From an uncultured Gemmatimonadales bacterium (GTDB lineage Bacteria > Gemmatimonadota > Gemmatimonadetes > Gemmatimonadales > GWC2-71-9), in NCBI GenBank assembly GCA_963825065.1, contig CAWGRU010000020.1:17830-81829 (forward strand): 64,000 nt of DNA. Direction: 5' to 3'. A program made the translations under genes and the position numbers. Positions 28,272 through 41,400 of this stretch are shown one piece after another. Under the pieces are notes generated by a model. The model did not search any database. It saw nothing but the letters and a program-made list of their open reading frames with translations, and was not told the DNA's origin. The stretch's first letter is position 1, and each line of letters opens with the position of its first letter.

Positions 28272-29823
28272 ACACCAGCCGCAGGTCCCGGCCGGTCATC
28301 TCCGGCGGTGGTTCGATGCCGAGGAGATGGAGGACCGTGGGGCCGACATCACACAGGGCGCCGCCGCCGCGCAGCCCCGCCGTGCCGGCGCGCACCGTGA
28401 CCAGCGGCACCGGATTGGTGGTGTGCGCGGTATGCGCGCCGCCCGTCGCCGGGTCGATCATCTGCTCGCAGTTGCCATGGTCCGCCGTCACCAGGACCGT
28501 CGCGCCCGCGGCCTCGGCGGCGGTGAGGACCCGCCCGAGACAGTGGTCCACTGTCTCCACCGCGCGGATCACCGCCGGCAGCACCCCGGTATGCCCCACC
28601 ATGTCGGCATTGGCGAAGTTGCAGAGCATGAAGTCGTGCGCCTTGCGCCCGATGGCCTGCACCAGGACGTCGGTGATGCCCGCCGCGCTCATTTCCGGCG
28701 CCAGGTCGTAGGTTGCCACCTTCTGCGACGGTACCAGCGAGCGTTCCTCTCCCTTGTACGGCGGCTCGTACCCTCCGTTGAAGAAGTAGGTCACGTGCGG
28801 ATACTTCTCGGTCTCGGCCGTGCGCAACTGGGTGCGGCCGTGGCTCGCCAGCACTTCGGCGACGATCCTGGCCATGGTGAACGGCGGAAAGGCCTGCGGG
28901 ATCGGGAAGGTGCGGTCGTACTGGGTCATCGTGACCATCGACAGCCGCGGGCGGCCCGACACGTCGAACCCGTCGAATCCCTCGATCATCAGCGCCCGGA
29001 CGATCTGTCGCATCCGGTCGCTGCGATAGTTGAAGCAGAAGACCCCGTCCCCCTCGCGGAGCAACGCCACCGGGGCCCCGTCCCGCTGCAGCACGATCGG
29101 CTTGACGAACTCGTCGGTCTCGCCGCGGCCCAGCGCCGCCTGCACCGCCGTCGTGGCGTCCTCGGCCGGCACGCCGATGCCGCGGACCATCGCGTCGTAG
29201 GCGATCCGGGTGCGCTCCCAGCGGCGGTCGCGATCCATCCCGAAATAGCGACCCACCAGGGAGGCGATCGCCGCCTTGCCCGGGGCGACCCGCGCGATCT
29301 CCCCTGCCAGCTGCTGGACCACCTGCGCTCCGATGGCCGGCAGCGTGTCGCGGCCGTCGAGGAAGCCGTGGATGGCGATGCGGGGGGCCTGGTAGCGCAC
29401 GCCCAGCTCGATGCAGGCAAGCAGGTGCTGGTCGATCGCGTGCACGCCGCCAGGGCCGAGCAGCCCGATCAGGTGAAGCGTCCCGCCGCTCTGTTTCAGG
29501 CCGGCGCAGAGCTGCTTCAGCGGCTCGAGCTGGAAGAACTCTCCGCTCTTAATGCTCTGGGAAATGCGCACCAGATCCTGCGGCACCACCCGGCCCGCGC
29601 CGAGGTTCAGGTGGCCGACTTCGGAGTTGCCCATCTGGAATTCCGGCAGTCCGACGGCGAGACCGCTGGCGGCGAGCAAGGTACGCGGATGACTCGCCCA
29701 GAGCCCGTGCCAGACGGGGGTCTGCGCCAGCTCAATAGCGTTGCCCTCCCGGCCTTCCCGGTAGCCCCACCCGTCCAGTACGAGCAGAACCACCGGGCCC
29801 GCCGGTCCGCGCGTGTTTGACAT
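28270..29823 (-). CDS. gpmI: 2,3-bisphosphoglycerate-independent phosphoglycerate mutase
   Basis: LDGWG, QMGNSEVGH, DGRD, GRYFGMDRD, AETEKYPHVTYFFNGG, DMVGHTG, TADHGN. Confidence 0.97.
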   Translation of the reverse strand: MSNTRGPAGPVVLLVLDGWGYREGREGNAIELAQTPVWHGLWASHPRTLLAASGLAVGLPEFQMGNSEVGHLNLGAGRVVPQDLVRISQSIKSGEFFQLEPLKQLCAGLKQSGGTLHLIGLLGPGGVHAIDQHLLACIELGVRYQAPRIAIHGFLDGRDTLPAIGAQVVQQLAGEIARVAPGKAAIASLVGRYFGMDRDRRWERTRIAYDAMVRGIGVPAEDATTAVQAALGRGETDEFVKPIVLQRDGAPVALLREGDGVFCFNYRSDRMRQIVRALMIEGFDGFDVSGRPRLSMVTMTQYDRTFPIPQAFPPFTMARIVAEVLASHGRTQLRTAETEKYPHVTYFFNGGYEPPYKGEERSLVPSQKVATYDLAPEMSAAGITDVLVQAIGRKAHDFMLCNFANADMVGHTGVLPAVIRAVETVDHCLGRVLTAAEAAGATVLVTADHGNCEQMIDPATGGAHTAHTTNPVPLVTVRAGTAGLRGGGALCDVGPTVLHLLGIEPPPEMTGRDLRLV

Positions 29824-29852
29824 GACTCTCCGGCGTTTCTACAATCGAGGAC

Positions 29853-30848
29853 GTGCGTTACGCGCCGCAATCTAGTCCGCCCCTGTGCCGCCTACCAGCC
29901 TTGGTGGCCTGCACGATCGTGCTCCTCACGACATCACTCGCGGGGCAGTCGACCGTGAGGCTTGCCCAGGAACTCCGCTTCGTGAAGGCCCCGGGCGGCG
30001 CCACGCTCGGCACCTTGCAGCCTGGCGCTGAAGTCGTGCCTGGCCGGACGAGCCGCGCTGTCACCGAGGTGAGTGTCGAGGGCTGGATCCCCTCCGCTTC
30101 GCTCGGTCCCCTCAAGCGTGATGGCTTCGATGTCGCCGTGACCAAACGGCCGGCCGAGATGCTGCGGCTCCTGCCCGACGGCCAGATCGTGGCGCGGGTC
30201 TTGGTGAATGTCGGCTTCAGCCGGGTCGAGACTCGCGGGGACTGGACCCGGGTGAAGCGGACCGCCTGGGTGGATCGCAGGGCGCTGGAGGCCGCGCCTG
30301 CCGCCGCGCCGGCCACGGGTCAGCCGGTGGGCGGGCCCGATCAGGTAGAGGTCACCCGCAGATCGCCCCTGGCCGTCGCGCCCGGCGGGGCCGCTGTGGG
30401 CACGATCGACTCCGGGGCCGGGGCGCGCGTGCTGGCGCGTTCCGGCGGGTGGAGCCGGGTGCAGCTCGATGCCTGGCTGCCGGACAGCGCGCTCCGCTCC
30501 ACCGATCACAGCGTGCTGGTGGGCGTCAGCCAGGCCGAGGTGCGTGCCAATCCGGCGAAGTATGTGGGCCAAGTGGTGGAGTGGCGGGTGCAATTCGTCG
30601 CGATCCAGAAGGCCGACGAACTCCGTCCTGAGATTCCCGAGGGAATGTCCTACCTGCTCACCCGCGGTCCGCTGCCGGAGCCGGGGTTCGTCTACATCAT
30701 CGTTCCCGCGGCGCGGGTCGCCCAGTTCCAGTCGGTACCCGCGCTGCGCGAGCTCACGGTCCGGGGGAAGATTCGCTCGGCAACTACCAAGTACCTGCCC
30801 ACCCCGGTGCTGGAACTCGTGGACGTGGTGGCTGGCATGGGCAACTAG
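29853..30848 (+). CDS. Secreted protein with repeated SH3b-like domains and C-terminal OB-fold-like region
   Basis: Signal peptide; repeats ending EGWIP, WTRVKRTAWV, WSRVQLDAWLP; NPAKYVGQVVEW. Confidence 0.55.
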   Translation: MRYAPQSSPPLCRLPALVACTIVLLTTSLAGQSTVRLAQELRFVKAPGGATLGTLQPGAEVVPGRTSRAVTEVSVEGWIPSASLGPLKRDGFDVAVTKRPAEMLRLLPDGQIVARVLVNVGFSRVETRGDWTRVKRTAWVDRRALEAAPAAAPATGQPVGGPDQVEVTRRSPLAVAPGGAAVGTIDSGAGARVLARSGGWSRVQLDAWLPDSALRSTDHSVLVGVSQAEVRANPAKYVGQVVEWRVQFVAIQKADELRPEIPEGMSYLLTRGPLPEPGFVYIIVPAARVAQFQSVPALRELTVRGKIRSATTKYLPTPVLELVDVVAGMGN

Positions 30849-30899
30849 CCCGCGGGCGCCGAGGTAACCTTTTCCCGTACCGGGCCGTAGATTTTCCCC

Positions 30900-31295
30900 A
30901 TGAATGATCTCCTCAAGCAGCGCATCCTCCGCCGGCTCGAGAGCCTGCCGGACGAGCGCGCATACCAGATCCTCGACTACGTCGAGTTCCTCGAGAGCAA
31001 GTACGCCGAACGGGCTGCTCCCACCGGATTCCTGGCAAAGATCACGGAAACCGTCGAAGACACGATGCGCGCGGCCAAGTTGCCGGTGCAGGCGATCAGC
31101 GGGACCGTGGGCGTGATGGACAGTGCCAGCCGTCTCATGAAGGGGCTCGCCGCGGCGGGACAGGCGGTGGTCGATGAGGCGGTGAAGGCGGCGAACCCCG
31201 GCCGCGAGCCGTCGGGCATCGCTCCGCAGGACTCCGAATCGACGCCGCAGATCCCTCCCGCTTCCCCACCGACGCCGCTGAAGGCCGACGGCTGA
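30900..31295 (+). CDS. Hypothetical protein with DUF2281-like N-terminus
   Basis: LESLPDERAYQILDYVEFLESKY helix pair; -10 box directly upstream. Confidence 0.6.
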   Translation: MNDLLKQRILRRLESLPDERAYQILDYVEFLESKYAERAAPTGFLAKITETVEDTMRAAKLPVQAISGTVGVMDSASRLMKGLAAAGQAVVDEAVKAANPGREPSGIAPQDSESTPQIPPASPPTPLKADG

Positions 31296-31308
31296 AGGCT
31301 CAGCCCTG

Positions 31309-32763
31309 ATGGCGGAATCGAGGCCCACTCCCGCGACGGAGTTCGTGCGGGGGATCGGCCCCGTTGCGGCGATCTCCATGGTCGTCGGCACGATGATCGG
31401 GTCGGGCATATTCATCGTCTCCGCCGACATCGGCCGCCAGGTGAACGACTGGGGTCCAGGCGCGCTGCTGCTCATCTGGCTGGTCACCGGCGTGATGACG
31501 GTCGTCGGGGCGCTGGCCTACGCTGAGCTCGCCGCGATGATGCCCACCGCGGGCGGACAGTACGTGTTCCTTCGCGAGGGGCTGTCGCCGCTCGTCGGCT
31601 TCCTGTTCGGCTGGACCCTGTTCACCGTCATCCAGACCGGCACGATGGCCGCCGTCGCAGTGGCCTTCGGCAAGTTTCTCGGCGTGCTGGTGCCAGGGAT
31701 CACGCCGGATGTCTTCCTGTCGCTGGGGCACCTGCCGATGCCCGGTGGCCCCATCGAGCTGGGGGCCTCCTACCAGCGCATCGTTGCGGTCGGAGTCGTG
31801 GCCCTGCTCACCGGGCTCAACGTGCGCGGCGTGCGGCTCGGCGCCAGCGTGCAGAGCGTCTTCGCGGTGGCCAAGGTCGGTGCGCTGCTGGTGCTGGTCC
31901 TGTTCGGGCTTGTCCTCGCGCCGCCGGCGGCCGCGGTCGCGGGACAGAGCTTCTGGGGCACCGCGAGCTGGAGCCTGGCGGTGATCCCGGTGCTCGGTGC
32001 CGCGATGGTGGGGTCGCTGTTCTCGGCCGATGCCTGGAACAACGTGACCTTCGCGGCGGCGGAGGTGCGCGACCCGAAGCGGAACCTGCCGCTCGCACTC
32101 GGGCTGGGCACGGCCACGGTCTCGATCCTGTACCTGCTCGCGAACCTCGCCTACCTCCGCGTACTGCCGTTCGCCGGTGACCCCAACGGCGCCGATGCGC
32201 TTGCCCGGGGGCTGCAGCACGCCGCGCAGGACCGGGTCGGCGTGGCTGCCGCCGAGGTGATGTTCGGGGCGGTGGGTGGACTGCTGATGGCTCTCGCCAT
32301 CATGCTCTCCACCTTCGGCTGCGTGAATGGCCTGGTGCTCGCCGGCCCCCGGGTCTATTACGCGATGGCGGGCGACGGCCTCTTCTTCCGGCGCGCCGGG
32401 GAACTCCACCCGCGCTTCAAGACGCCCGCGTTCGGGCTGGTGGCGCAGGCGCTGTGGGCGATGCTGCTCTGCCTGAGCGGCAGCTACGGCAATCTCCTCA
32501 CCTACGTGATCTTCGCTTCGCTCCTCTTCTACTTCTTCACCGTGCTGGCGCTGTTCCGGTTGCGCCGCACCCAACCCGACCTGCCGCGCCCGGTGAAGGC
32601 CTTCGGATATCCGGTCCTGCCGCTCCTGTACATGATCGCGGTGCTGTATCTGCTCCTGGTGCTGCTGATCGATCCGGTGCAGCGCCAGTACTCCGCCTTC
32701 GGGCTGCTCATCGTGGCCCTCGGCGTGCCGGTGTATTTCCTCTGGCGGAATCGCCCCGCCTGA
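31309..32763 (+). CDS. APC-family amino acid permease
   Basis: GTMIGSGIF, YAELAAMMPTAGGQYVFL, GPRVYYAMAGDG. Confidence 0.93.
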   Translation: MAESRPTPATEFVRGIGPVAAISMVVGTMIGSGIFIVSADIGRQVNDWGPGALLLIWLVTGVMTVVGALAYAELAAMMPTAGGQYVFLREGLSPLVGFLFGWTLFTVIQTGTMAAVAVAFGKFLGVLVPGITPDVFLSLGHLPMPGGPIELGASYQRIVAVGVVALLTGLNVRGVRLGASVQSVFAVAKVGALLVLVLFGLVLAPPAAAVAGQSFWGTASWSLAVIPVLGAAMVGSLFSADAWNNVTFAAAEVRDPKRNLPLALGLGTATVSILYLLANLAYLRVLPFAGDPNGADALARGLQHAAQDRVGVAAAEVMFGAVGGLLMALAIMLSTFGCVNGLVLAGPRVYYAMAGDGLFFRRAGELHPRFKTPAFGLVAQALWAMLLCLSGSYGNLLTYVIFASLLFYFFTVLALFRLRRTQPDLPRPVKAFGYPVLPLLYMIAVLYLLLVLLIDPVQRQYSAFGLLIVALGVPVYFLWRNRPA

Positions 32764-32780
32764 GGCGGGGAACGGGGTGA

Positions 32781-34310
<1,530 letters not shown>

Positions 34311-34408
34311 GCGTCAGCGGCAGCTCCTCCGCCCTCGGCCGGGCCGACGGCGGTTCGCCAACGGCCACCAGCGGCCGGGTGGTGTCCCCTCAGCCCGTCC
34401 GGGTTCCC

Positions 34409-35863
34409 ATGGATCTCTTCCGTCGCAAGAGCGTCACCGATCTGCAGCTCGAGGCCGAGACCGACCACAGCCTGAAACGGGTGCTGGGCCCGTGGAACCT
34501 CACCCTGCTGGGGATCGGGGCCATCATCGGCACTGGAATCTTCGTGCTGACCGGCACGGTGGCAGCGCAAAACGCCGGACCGGCGGTGGTATTGTCCTTC
34601 GTGCTGGCGGGCGTCGCGTCGATCTTCGCCGCGCTGTGTTACGCCGAATTCGCCTCCCTCGTGCCGATGGCCGGCAGCGCCTACACCTACGGCTACGCCA
34701 CCCTGGGTGAGTTCATCGCCTGGATCATCGGCTGGGACCTGGTCCTGGAATACGCGCTCGGAGCGGTCACCGTCGCGATCGGCTGGTCGGGATACGTGGT
34801 GTCCTTCCTCAAAGACATCGGGATCGTGGTGCCGGCAGCGTTCAGTGCGGCGCATGGGACGGTGGTGACCCTGGCCGATGGCACGACGACCACGGCAATC
34901 TTCAACCTGCCCGCCGTGCTGATCATCGCGATCGTGACGGCGCTGCTGGTCGTCGGCATCAAGGAATCGGCGAATGTCAACAACGTGATCGTCTTCATCA
35001 AGGTCGCGGTGGTGCTCATCTTCATCGTCGGCGCGGCCCACGCCGTGGTGCCCGCCAACTGGCATCCCTTCATACCACCGCAGACCATCGGCGCCGATGG
35101 CCTTCCGGTCCGGGGGGCCTTCGGCTGGGACGGCATCGTGGCCGGCGCGGGCGTGGTGTTCTTCGCCTACATCGGGTTCGATGCGGTGAGCACCGCGGCG
35201 CAGGAGGCGAAGAATCCGCAGCGGGACATGCCGATCGGCATCATCGGGTCGCTGCTCGTCTGCACCCTGCTCTACATCCTGGTGTCCGGCATCGCCACCG
35301 GCGTGATGAGTTATTCCGAGCTGAACGTGCCCGACCCGATTGCCGTGGTGGCCGACCGGGCAGGCCTCGGCTGGATCTCGACTTTCATCAAGCTCGGCGC
35401 CATCGCCGGGCTCTCGTCGGTGATCCTGGTCATGCTGCTTGGCCAATCCCGGGTCTTCTATACGATGGCGAAGGACGGACTGCTCCCGCAGTTCGTCAAC
35501 AACGTGCACCCGAAGTTCCAGACTCCGTGGATCACCTCGATCGTCACCGGCCTCGCCGTCGCGATACCGGCCGGGTGGTTCACCGTGCGTGAGGCCGGCA
35601 GCCTGGTCTCAATCGGGACTCTGCTTGCGTTCATCATCGTCTCCGCGGGGGTCGTCGTCCTGCGGGTGCGCGAGCCGGGCCTGAAGCGCCCCTTCCGCGC
35701 CCCGGCGGTCTGGTTCACCGCCGCCGCCGGGGCCGCGTCGGCCCTGTATCTCATGGCCCATCTCCCGTGGCGTACCTGGGAGCGGCTGCTGATCTGGCTG
35801 GCGATCGGTCTCGTCCTGTACTTCACCTACGGTTACAAGCACAGCCGCCTGGGCCGCCGTTAG
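34409..35863 (+). CDS. APC/CAT-family amino acid permease
   Basis: [29 protein letters not shown]. Confidence 0.94.
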   Translation: MDLFRRKSVTDLQLEAETDHSLKRVLGPWNLTLLGIGAIIGTGIFVLTGTVAAQNAGPAVVLSFVLAGVASIFAALCYAEFASLVPMAGSAYTYGYATLGEFIAWIIGWDLVLEYALGAVTVAIGWSGYVVSFLKDIGIVVPAAFSAAHGTVVTLADGTTTTAIFNLPAVLIIAIVTALLVVGIKESANVNNVIVFIKVAVVLIFIVGAAHAVVPANWHPFIPPQTIGADGLPVRGAFGWDGIVAGAGVVFFAYIGFDAVSTAAQEAKNPQRDMPIGIIGSLLVCTLLYILVSGIATGVMSYSELNVPDPIAVVADRAGLGWISTFIKLGAIAGLSSVILVMLLGQSRVFYTMAKDGLLPQFVNNVHPKFQTPWITSIVTGLAVAIPAGWFTVREAGSLVSIGTLLAFIIVSAGVVVLRVREPGLKRPFRAPAVWFTAAAGAASALYLMAHLPWRTWERLLIWLAIGLVLYFTYGYKHSRLGRR

Positions 35864-35902
35864 GCGCCGGCGGTCATCGCCCCTTCCCTCGAGGAGCCCT
35901 GC

Positions 35903-37444
<1,542 letters not shown>

Positions 37445-37607
37445 GCGCCCATCCGCCGACGACGCCCCGGCGCGTCGCAAGGGACCTCTCCAGGGAGCAT
37501 TCTGAAGGGGTCCCTTGGTCGTCGGGTGCCACCGGGACCGGTGCCCGAGGCGGGTTTTCGACGATCCGTCTACCATCCCCTTCCCCGGGGTCTTACCTTC
37601 CCCGCCC

Positions 37608-38627
37608 ATGACCGTACTCCCGCCGGATCGTCTGGCCGCCGCCCGCGAATTCGCATCCACATTCAAGCCCGGGCAGCGGTTGTGCATCACCACCCATGTG
37701 AATCCCGATGGCGACGGCCTCGGGAGCGAGGTCGGACTGGTTCACCTGCTCAAGGCGCAGGGCATCCATGCCGTGGTCACCAACCCCTCGCCGACTCCGG
37801 AGCGATATCACTTCCTGTTCCGCGATCTGCCCGGCGTGGACCGGTCGCACGAGGCGGTGAAGGAGCTGCGGAAGGCGGACCAGATCGTGGTGCTCGACAT
37901 CGCAGAAGTCGGCCGCCTCGGGATGCTGAGCCAGACGGTGCTCGAGCGCGGTGTGCCGGTGGCGTGTGTCGACCACCACGTGAGCCAGGGCCACCTCCCC
38001 GGCGGCGCGCGGTACGTCGACTCCGAGGCCTCGGCGACCGGGGAGCTGATCTATCAGATCGCCGTGGCGAACGGCTGGCCCCTGGTGCCGCTCGCGGCGC
38101 GCGCGCTCTACGTCGCGATCCTGACCGACACCGGCGGTTTCCGGTTCAGCAACACCAAGCCGGCGGTGCTGCGCACCGCGGCCGCGCTGCTGGAGACCGG
38201 ACTCGATCCGGAGCAGATCTACCTCGACGTCTATGCCTCCTCCCCGGAGGGCCGGGCGCGGCTGCTCGCGGAAACGCTGCAGACCCTGGTGGTCGAGGCC
38301 GACCATGGCCTGGCCTGGGTCACAGTGCCGCCCGGGGCGCTGGAGCGCCTGGGAGCCACCGCCGACGACCTCGACGGCATCGTGGAGGTGCCGCGCAGCA
38401 TCAGCGGCATCCGGATGGCGCTGCTCTTCCGGGAGATCGCGGCCGGGCGGGTGAAGGTGTCGCTCCGCTCGGTGGGGACCGTGGACGTGGCGGAGTTCGC
38501 CCGGCCCTTCGGCGGCGGGGGGCACACCAAGGCCTCGGGACTCTCCATGGAGGGGTCCCTGGCCGAGGTGCAGGCCTCGGTCCTGGGGGCGGCACGGGAG
38601 TATCTTTCGAGCAACGGCAGTCCATAA
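37608..38627 (+). CDS. nrnA: DHH/DHHA1 oligoribonuclease / PAP phosphatase
   Basis: HVNPDGDGLGS, VDHH, TDTGGF, SLRS, GGGH. Confidence 0.9.
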   Translation: MTVLPPDRLAAAREFASTFKPGQRLCITTHVNPDGDGLGSEVGLVHLLKAQGIHAVVTNPSPTPERYHFLFRDLPGVDRSHEAVKELRKADQIVVLDIAEVGRLGMLSQTVLERGVPVACVDHHVSQGHLPGGARYVDSEASATGELIYQIAVANGWPLVPLAARALYVAILTDTGGFRFSNTKPAVLRTAAALLETGLDPEQIYLDVYASSPEGRARLLAETLQTLVVEADHGLAWVTVPPGALERLGATADDLDGIVEVPRSISGIRMALLFREIAAGRVKVSLRSVGTVDVAEFARPFGGGGHTKASGLSMEGSLAEVQASVLGAAREYLSSNGSP

Positions 38628-38649
38628 CGCGGAACAGGAAGTGGCTGGC

Positions 38650-38898
38650 ATGTCCGAACCATCAGAGCCTGAAGTCCTCCAGCGAATTGAACGAACCCTC
38701 GATTCGCTCCGTCCCTATATCGCATCGCACAGGGGCAGCGTGGAAGTCGTGGACTTCGACGACGCCCAGGGCGTCCTGCTGCTCCGTCTCGGCGGCACCT
38801 GTCACGGCTGCTCCGCGTCCACCATCACGCTCAAGCAGGGGATTGAGACCCGGCTCCGGGCCCTGGTCCCCGAAGTGAAGCAGGTCGAATCCGTCTGA
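38650..38898 (+). CDS. NifU/Nfu-family Fe-S carrier
   Basis: LRPYIASHRGSVE, GTCHGC, TLKQGIE. Confidence 0.9.
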   Translation: MSEPSEPEVLQRIERTLDSLRPYIASHRGSVEVVDFDDAQGVLLLRLGGTCHGCSASTITLKQGIETRLRALVPEVKQVESV

Positions 38899-40031
38899 TG
38901 ACCGATACCCTCGCTGCCAGCGTCGCCGCCGCCCTCGCCCGCATCCGCAATCCGCGCCTCGAGAACGATCTCCTCTCCGCAGGCATGGTGCGGGATCTCG
39001 CCGTCACCGAGGACGGCAAGGTGTCGTTCACCTTCCTGCTCGGCCGGGAGGACCCGGCCACCCTGGTGCGCGAGGCTCGCGCCGCGATTCGCGCCATCCC
39101 CGGGGTGAACCCGCAGGAGCTCCGCATCAGCGTCGTGGATCCGGGCGGCCCCGCGAAGAGCACGCATGCGCCACCGGGTCAGCCGGCGCCGGGGCAGACC
39201 CACGGGCAGGCCGGGTTGGTGACGCCGCCGCCGCAGCCGTCCGACTATCCCAGTCTCGGTCGGATCATCGCGGTGTCGTCGGGCAAGGGCGGCGTGGGCA
39301 AGTCGACGGTCACCACCAATCTGGCGGTGGCGCTGGCGCAGAAGGGGCTCCGTGTCGGGCTGATGGATGGCGACATCTACGGCCCGAACATCCCGCGGAT
39401 GTTCGGCATCTTCGAGAAGCCGCCGGTCGTGCAGGGAAAGATCCAGCCCCTCACTGCCTGGGGCGTCAAGCTCATGTCGCTCGGCTTCCTGGTCGACCGC
39501 GACGCCGCGGCGATCTGGCGCGGGCCGATCATCATGAAGATCGTGCAGCAGTTTCTGCGCGACGTGCAGTGGGGCGAGCTCGACTACTTCCTGGTGGACC
39601 TCCCCCCCGGCACCGGCGATGCCCAGCTCTCGCTGGTCCAGTCCTGCCAGGTCGCGACCTCGATCATCGTGACCACACCGCAGGAGGTCGCCGTGGGTGA
39701 CGCGCTGCGCGGGGCCAAGATGTTCGAGAAGGTCGGGGTTCCGGTGGCGGGCATCGTGGAGAACATGAGCGCCTACACCGATCCCGGGACCGGTCTCAAG
39801 CTCGAGATGTTCGGCGCGGGAGGCGGCCAGCGGCTCGCGGACGAGCTGAAGGTCCCGCTGCTCGGCAGCGTGCCGCTGCAGCCCGGGCTCGCCGATCTGG
39901 CCGATCGGGGCAAACCGATCGTCGCAGCCGATCCCGCAAGCCCGGCGGCCCGGGTGCTGCTCGCGATTGCCGACGCGCTGATTCAGGAGGCCGGGACCGA
40001 CTCGGTGGCCCTGCCCATCATGCGCGGGTGA
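38898..40031 (+). CDS. mrp: Mrp/ApbC/NBP35 Fe-S cluster carrier ATPase
   Basis: SGKGGVGKST, DGDIYGPN, IWRGP, DLPPGTGDAQL, VENMS. Confidence 0.94.
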   Translation: MTDTLAASVAAALARIRNPRLENDLLSAGMVRDLAVTEDGKVSFTFLLGREDPATLVREARAAIRAIPGVNPQELRISVVDPGGPAKSTHAPPGQPAPGQTHGQAGLVTPPPQPSDYPSLGRIIAVSSGKGGVGKSTVTTNLAVALAQKGLRVGLMDGDIYGPNIPRMFGIFEKPPVVQGKIQPLTAWGVKLMSLGFLVDRDAAAIWRGPIIMKIVQQFLRDVQWGELDYFLVDLPPGTGDAQLSLVQSCQVATSIIVTTPQEVAVGDALRGAKMFEKVGVPVAGIVENMSAYTDPGTGLKLEMFGAGGGQRLADELKVPLLGSVPLQPGLADLADRGKPIVAADPASPAARVLLAIADALIQEAGTDSVALPIMRG

Positions 40032-41386
40032 CGATGTCCGGTGGTCACGGTGGTGCGCCGGCTGTGCGCCCCGCCGGCCTCACCACCGGGGCGCTCCTCC
40101 CGACGGTTCTGCGGCTCGCGCTGCCCGCCGTCGGCACTACGCTCCTGCAGGTCCTCTTCAACATCACCGACACCTTCTGGGTGGGCCGAACCCTCGGTCC
40201 GGCCGCGCTCGCCGGCGTCTCGTCGGCGGGCTACTCCCTGTGGATCATCATCACGACCGGCGAACTGCTCGGCGCTGGCCTCACCGCGGTAGCCGCCCGC
40301 CGCCACGGCGAAGGCCGGCACGATCTCGCCATGCGCGCCGCGGGCACCGCGCTGACCATGGCCGCCATCCTCGGCCTGCTGGTAGCCCTGCTGGGGCTGA
40401 GCGGCCTGAATCCCCTCTTCCACCTGATGGCGCTCCCCGCCGACGCCGACCGCGAAGCCCGGCGCTTTCTGATCGTGCAGTGCGTGGGCTCGGGCCTGAT
40501 CTACGGGTACTTCGTGATCGAGGCCGCCTTCCGCAGCGCCGGCGACACCCGCACGCCTTTCGTCCTCCTCGCGGGCTCGGTGCTGCTCAACCTGGTGCTC
40601 GACCCGCTCATGATCGTGGGGATCGGTCCCTTCCCGCGATGGGCGTCTACGGCGCCGCGCTCGCGACGGTGCTCACCCGCGGCTTCGGATTCGCTGGCCG
40701 GGCTGATCCTGCTGGGGCGCCGGGGCCATCTGCGCCCCGCTTTCGATGCGCGCGCGGCGTGGTCCATCATCCGGATCGGCACGCCGGTGATGCTCGCCGG
40801 GTCGCTGTTCAGCGTGTCGTACATCCTCCTCGTCCCGATCGTCGGACGGTTCGGCACGCCGGCGCTGGCCGCCCTGGGGGTTGGGCACAAGATCGAAGGG
40901 GTCAGTTACATGATCGCGGTTGGCTTCGGGCTGGCGGCAAGCGCGTTGGTCGGCCAGAACCTGGGCGCCCGCAACCCGGCACGGGCGCGAGCCGCGGGCC
41001 GGCTGACCGCGCTGCTCGCGGCGGTGCCGGTGAGCCTGCTCGGTGTGGTGTTCGCTCTCTGGCCCGACCGGCTCGCCGCGATCTTCACCCGGGACGAGGC
41101 GACGGCCGGTGCCGCGGCCCTCTACCTGCTCGCCTTTGCCGTGGCCCAACCCTTCATCGCCTTCGAGGAGGCGCTGTTCGGCGGCCTCTCCGGCGCCGGC
41201 TACACCGTGTGGCCGATGCTCTGGGTGGTGACCCTGTCGCTGGTCCGCATCCCGCTCGCCCTCTGGGCGTCGGGATGGGCCGGGCTCGCCGGGGTGTGGC
41301 TGGTGCTGGCGGTGACCGCGGTGGGACGCGGGTCGGCGATGCTGATGCTCTGGCGCTGGGGACGCTGGGAGTCCGGGAAGTCGTAG
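40028..41386 (+). CDS. MATE-family efflux transporter (compensating indel pair near 40637-40697)
   Basis: GDTRTPF, NLVLDPL, GQNLGA; the conserved MGVYGAALAT motif sits in a shifted frame. Confidence 0.88.
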   Translation: MTMSGGHGGAPAVRPAGLTTGALLPTVLRLALPAVGTTLLQVLFNITDTFWVGRTLGPAALAGVSSAGYSLWIIITTGELLGAGLTAVAARRHGEGRHDLAMRAAGTALTMAAILGLLVALLGLSGLNPLFHLMALPADADREARRFLIVQCVGSGLIYGYFVIEAAFRSAGDTRTPFVLLAGSVLLNLVLDPLMIVGIGPFPRWASTAPRSRRCSPAASDSLAGLILLGRRGHLRPAFDARAAWSIIRIGTPVMLAGSLFSVSYILLVPIVGRFGTPALAALGVGHKIEGVSYMIAVGFGLAASALVGQNLGARNPARARAAGRLTALLAAVPVSLLGVVFALWPDRLAAIFTRDEATAGAAALYLLAFAVAQPFIAFEEALFGGLSGAGYTVWPMLWVVTLSLVRIPLALWASGWAGLAGVWLVLAVTAVGRGSAMLMLWRWGRWESGKS

Positions 41387-41400
41387 CCGTTTCCAGGCGT

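Noticed and set aside
37479-37517. AAGGGACC...GGTCCCTT hairpin as novel RNA
   Set aside because: Position just after the permease stop fits an ordinary terminator or stabilising hairpin
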